39,595 nucleotides of DNA from Utricularia gibba (Eukaryota > Plantae > Magnoliophyta): contig NEEC01000121.1 in the NCBI GenBank assembly GCA_002189035.1, forward strand, positions 1 through 39,595, given 5' to 3'. The notes beneath the pieces are model-generated. The model was not told the DNA's origin. It searched no databases and saw nothing but the letters and a program-made list of their open reading frames with translations. A program made the position numbers and the translations under genes. Below are positions 38,401 to 39,595 of this stretch, piece after piece. Every line of letters starts with the position of its first letter. Position 1 is the stretch's first letter.

Positions 38401-39595
38401 GTGGCCACCACGTACGCGACAATGCGACTGAGGACACCGCAATCGACGCGAATGTCATTTCATGCATGCAAAACAAATGCATTTCATTGGACGATGTTAA
38501 ATTTCGGATTTCGAGGCGATCCGTTACAGTGCCTCAGGTGCGGTCCAACCCACACCTCATGATGGCCTCGTGCACTGCTTGGTATCTCGTCGATATCTTG
38601 CAAACCGTAGTGAGTCACGCTTTGCTTGATATAGCGTTACGAAGCTCGCTCCGAGCCGGTCGAATTTCGTGTTCAAAGTTTCTCCATCCGACGAACCGTT
38701 ACAGCTCGTATTTTTGCCTGATAATAGCCCACACTTGCCCACAAAGTGGCCACCACGTACGCGACAATGCGACTGAGGACACCGCAATCGACGCGAATGT
38801 CATTTCATGCATGCAAAACAAATGCATTTCATTCGACGATGTTAAATTTCGGATTTCGAGGCGATCCGTTACAGTGCCTCGGTGGTCCAACCCACACCTC
38901 ATGATGGCCTCGTGCACTGTTGGTATCTCGTCGATATCTTGCAAACCGTAGTGAGTCACGCTTTGCTTGATATAGCGTTACGAAGCTCGCTCCGAGCCGG
39001 TCGAATTTCGTGTTCAAAGTTTCTCCATCCGACGAACCGTTACAGCTCGTATTTTTGCCTGATAATAGCCCACACTTGTGCCACAAAGTGGCCACCACGT
39101 ACGCGACAATGCGACTGAGGACACCGCAATCGACGCGAATGTCATTTCATGCATGCAAAACAAATGCATTTCATTCGACGATGTTAAATTTCGGATTTCG
39201 AGGCGATCCGTTACAGTGCGTCCAACCCACACCTCATGATGGCCTCGTGCACCGTTTGGTATCTCGTCGATATCTTGAAAACCATAGTGAGTCAACTTTG
39301 CTTGATATAGCATTTCGAAGCTCGCTCCGAGCCGGTCGAATTTTGTGTTCAAAGTTTCTCCATCCGACGAACCGTTACAGCTCGTATTTTTGCCTGATAA
39401 TAGCCCACACTTGTGCCACAAAGTGGCCACCACGTACGCGACAATGCGACTGAGGACACCGCAATCGACGCGAATGTCATTTCATGCATGCAAAACAAAT
39501 GCATTTCATTTGGACGATGTTAAATTTCGGATTTCGAGGCGATCCGTTACAGTGCCTCAGGTGCGGTCCAACCCCACCTCATGATGCCTCGTGCA

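Larger units (their letters stand above)
1..39595. repeat. Tandem satellite-like array, ~346-bp monomer, ~115-120 head-to-tail copies; the window starts and ends inside the array
   Basis: The same sequence (gtgccacaaagtggcc...gatccgttacagtgcctcagg...gatatcttgcaaacc...cctgataatagcccacactt) recurs throughout. Identical ORF translations recur every 346 bp (3421, 3767, 4113; 7231, 7577; 13406, 13752). Copy number is estimated from length divided by period, not counted exactly. Confidence 0.98.

Noticed and set aside
5-39584. Several hundred predicted ORFs of 60-274 aa (MPQSGHH..., MFKVSPSDEP..., MVATLWHK...)
   Set aside because: They are the same few frames of one repeat on both strands, mostly with GTG starts. 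Frames switch freely at indels between copies, so no reading frame is conserved, and I recognise no protein family. The longer ones are chimeras created by deletions.
1-39595. CRISPR array
   Set aside because: There are no unique spacers; the entire 346-bp unit repeats. No cas genes are present.
1-39595. Never-ending ORF of DRT2/neo-type concatemeric cDNA
   Set aside because: The unit is not a multiple of 3, stops interrupt the plus-strand frame cycle several times per monomer, the ORF track shows no long minus-strand frame in clean copies, and no reverse transcriptase gene is present.

Overview
The whole 39.6-kb window is one head-to-tail tandem array of a ~346-bp monomer, roughly 115-120 copies, all in one orientation, with no unique flank or insertion that I could find. 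The period is exact where clean copies start at 3421, 3767, 4113 and 4459. The monomer is ~50% GC and CpG-rich (hand count: 31 CpG per 346 bp, O/E ~1.5). It looks like satellite DNA, most plausibly eukaryotic; I do not recognise the family or species. All predicted ORFs are the same few frames repeated, and I found no credible gene, RNA gene, CRISPR array or mobile element, so I cannot support a novel gene system here. The internal structure of interest is: (i) the monomer may be a diverged dimer of ~173-bp halves; (ii) linked variant monomer types nearly alternate from 31.6 to 38.3 kb, suggesting a higher-order repeat; (iii) many recurrent substitutions are CpG transitions; (iv) some compound deletions recur kilobases apart; (v) scrambled patches between 4.6 and 20.4 kb are probably consensus or basecalling artefacts.
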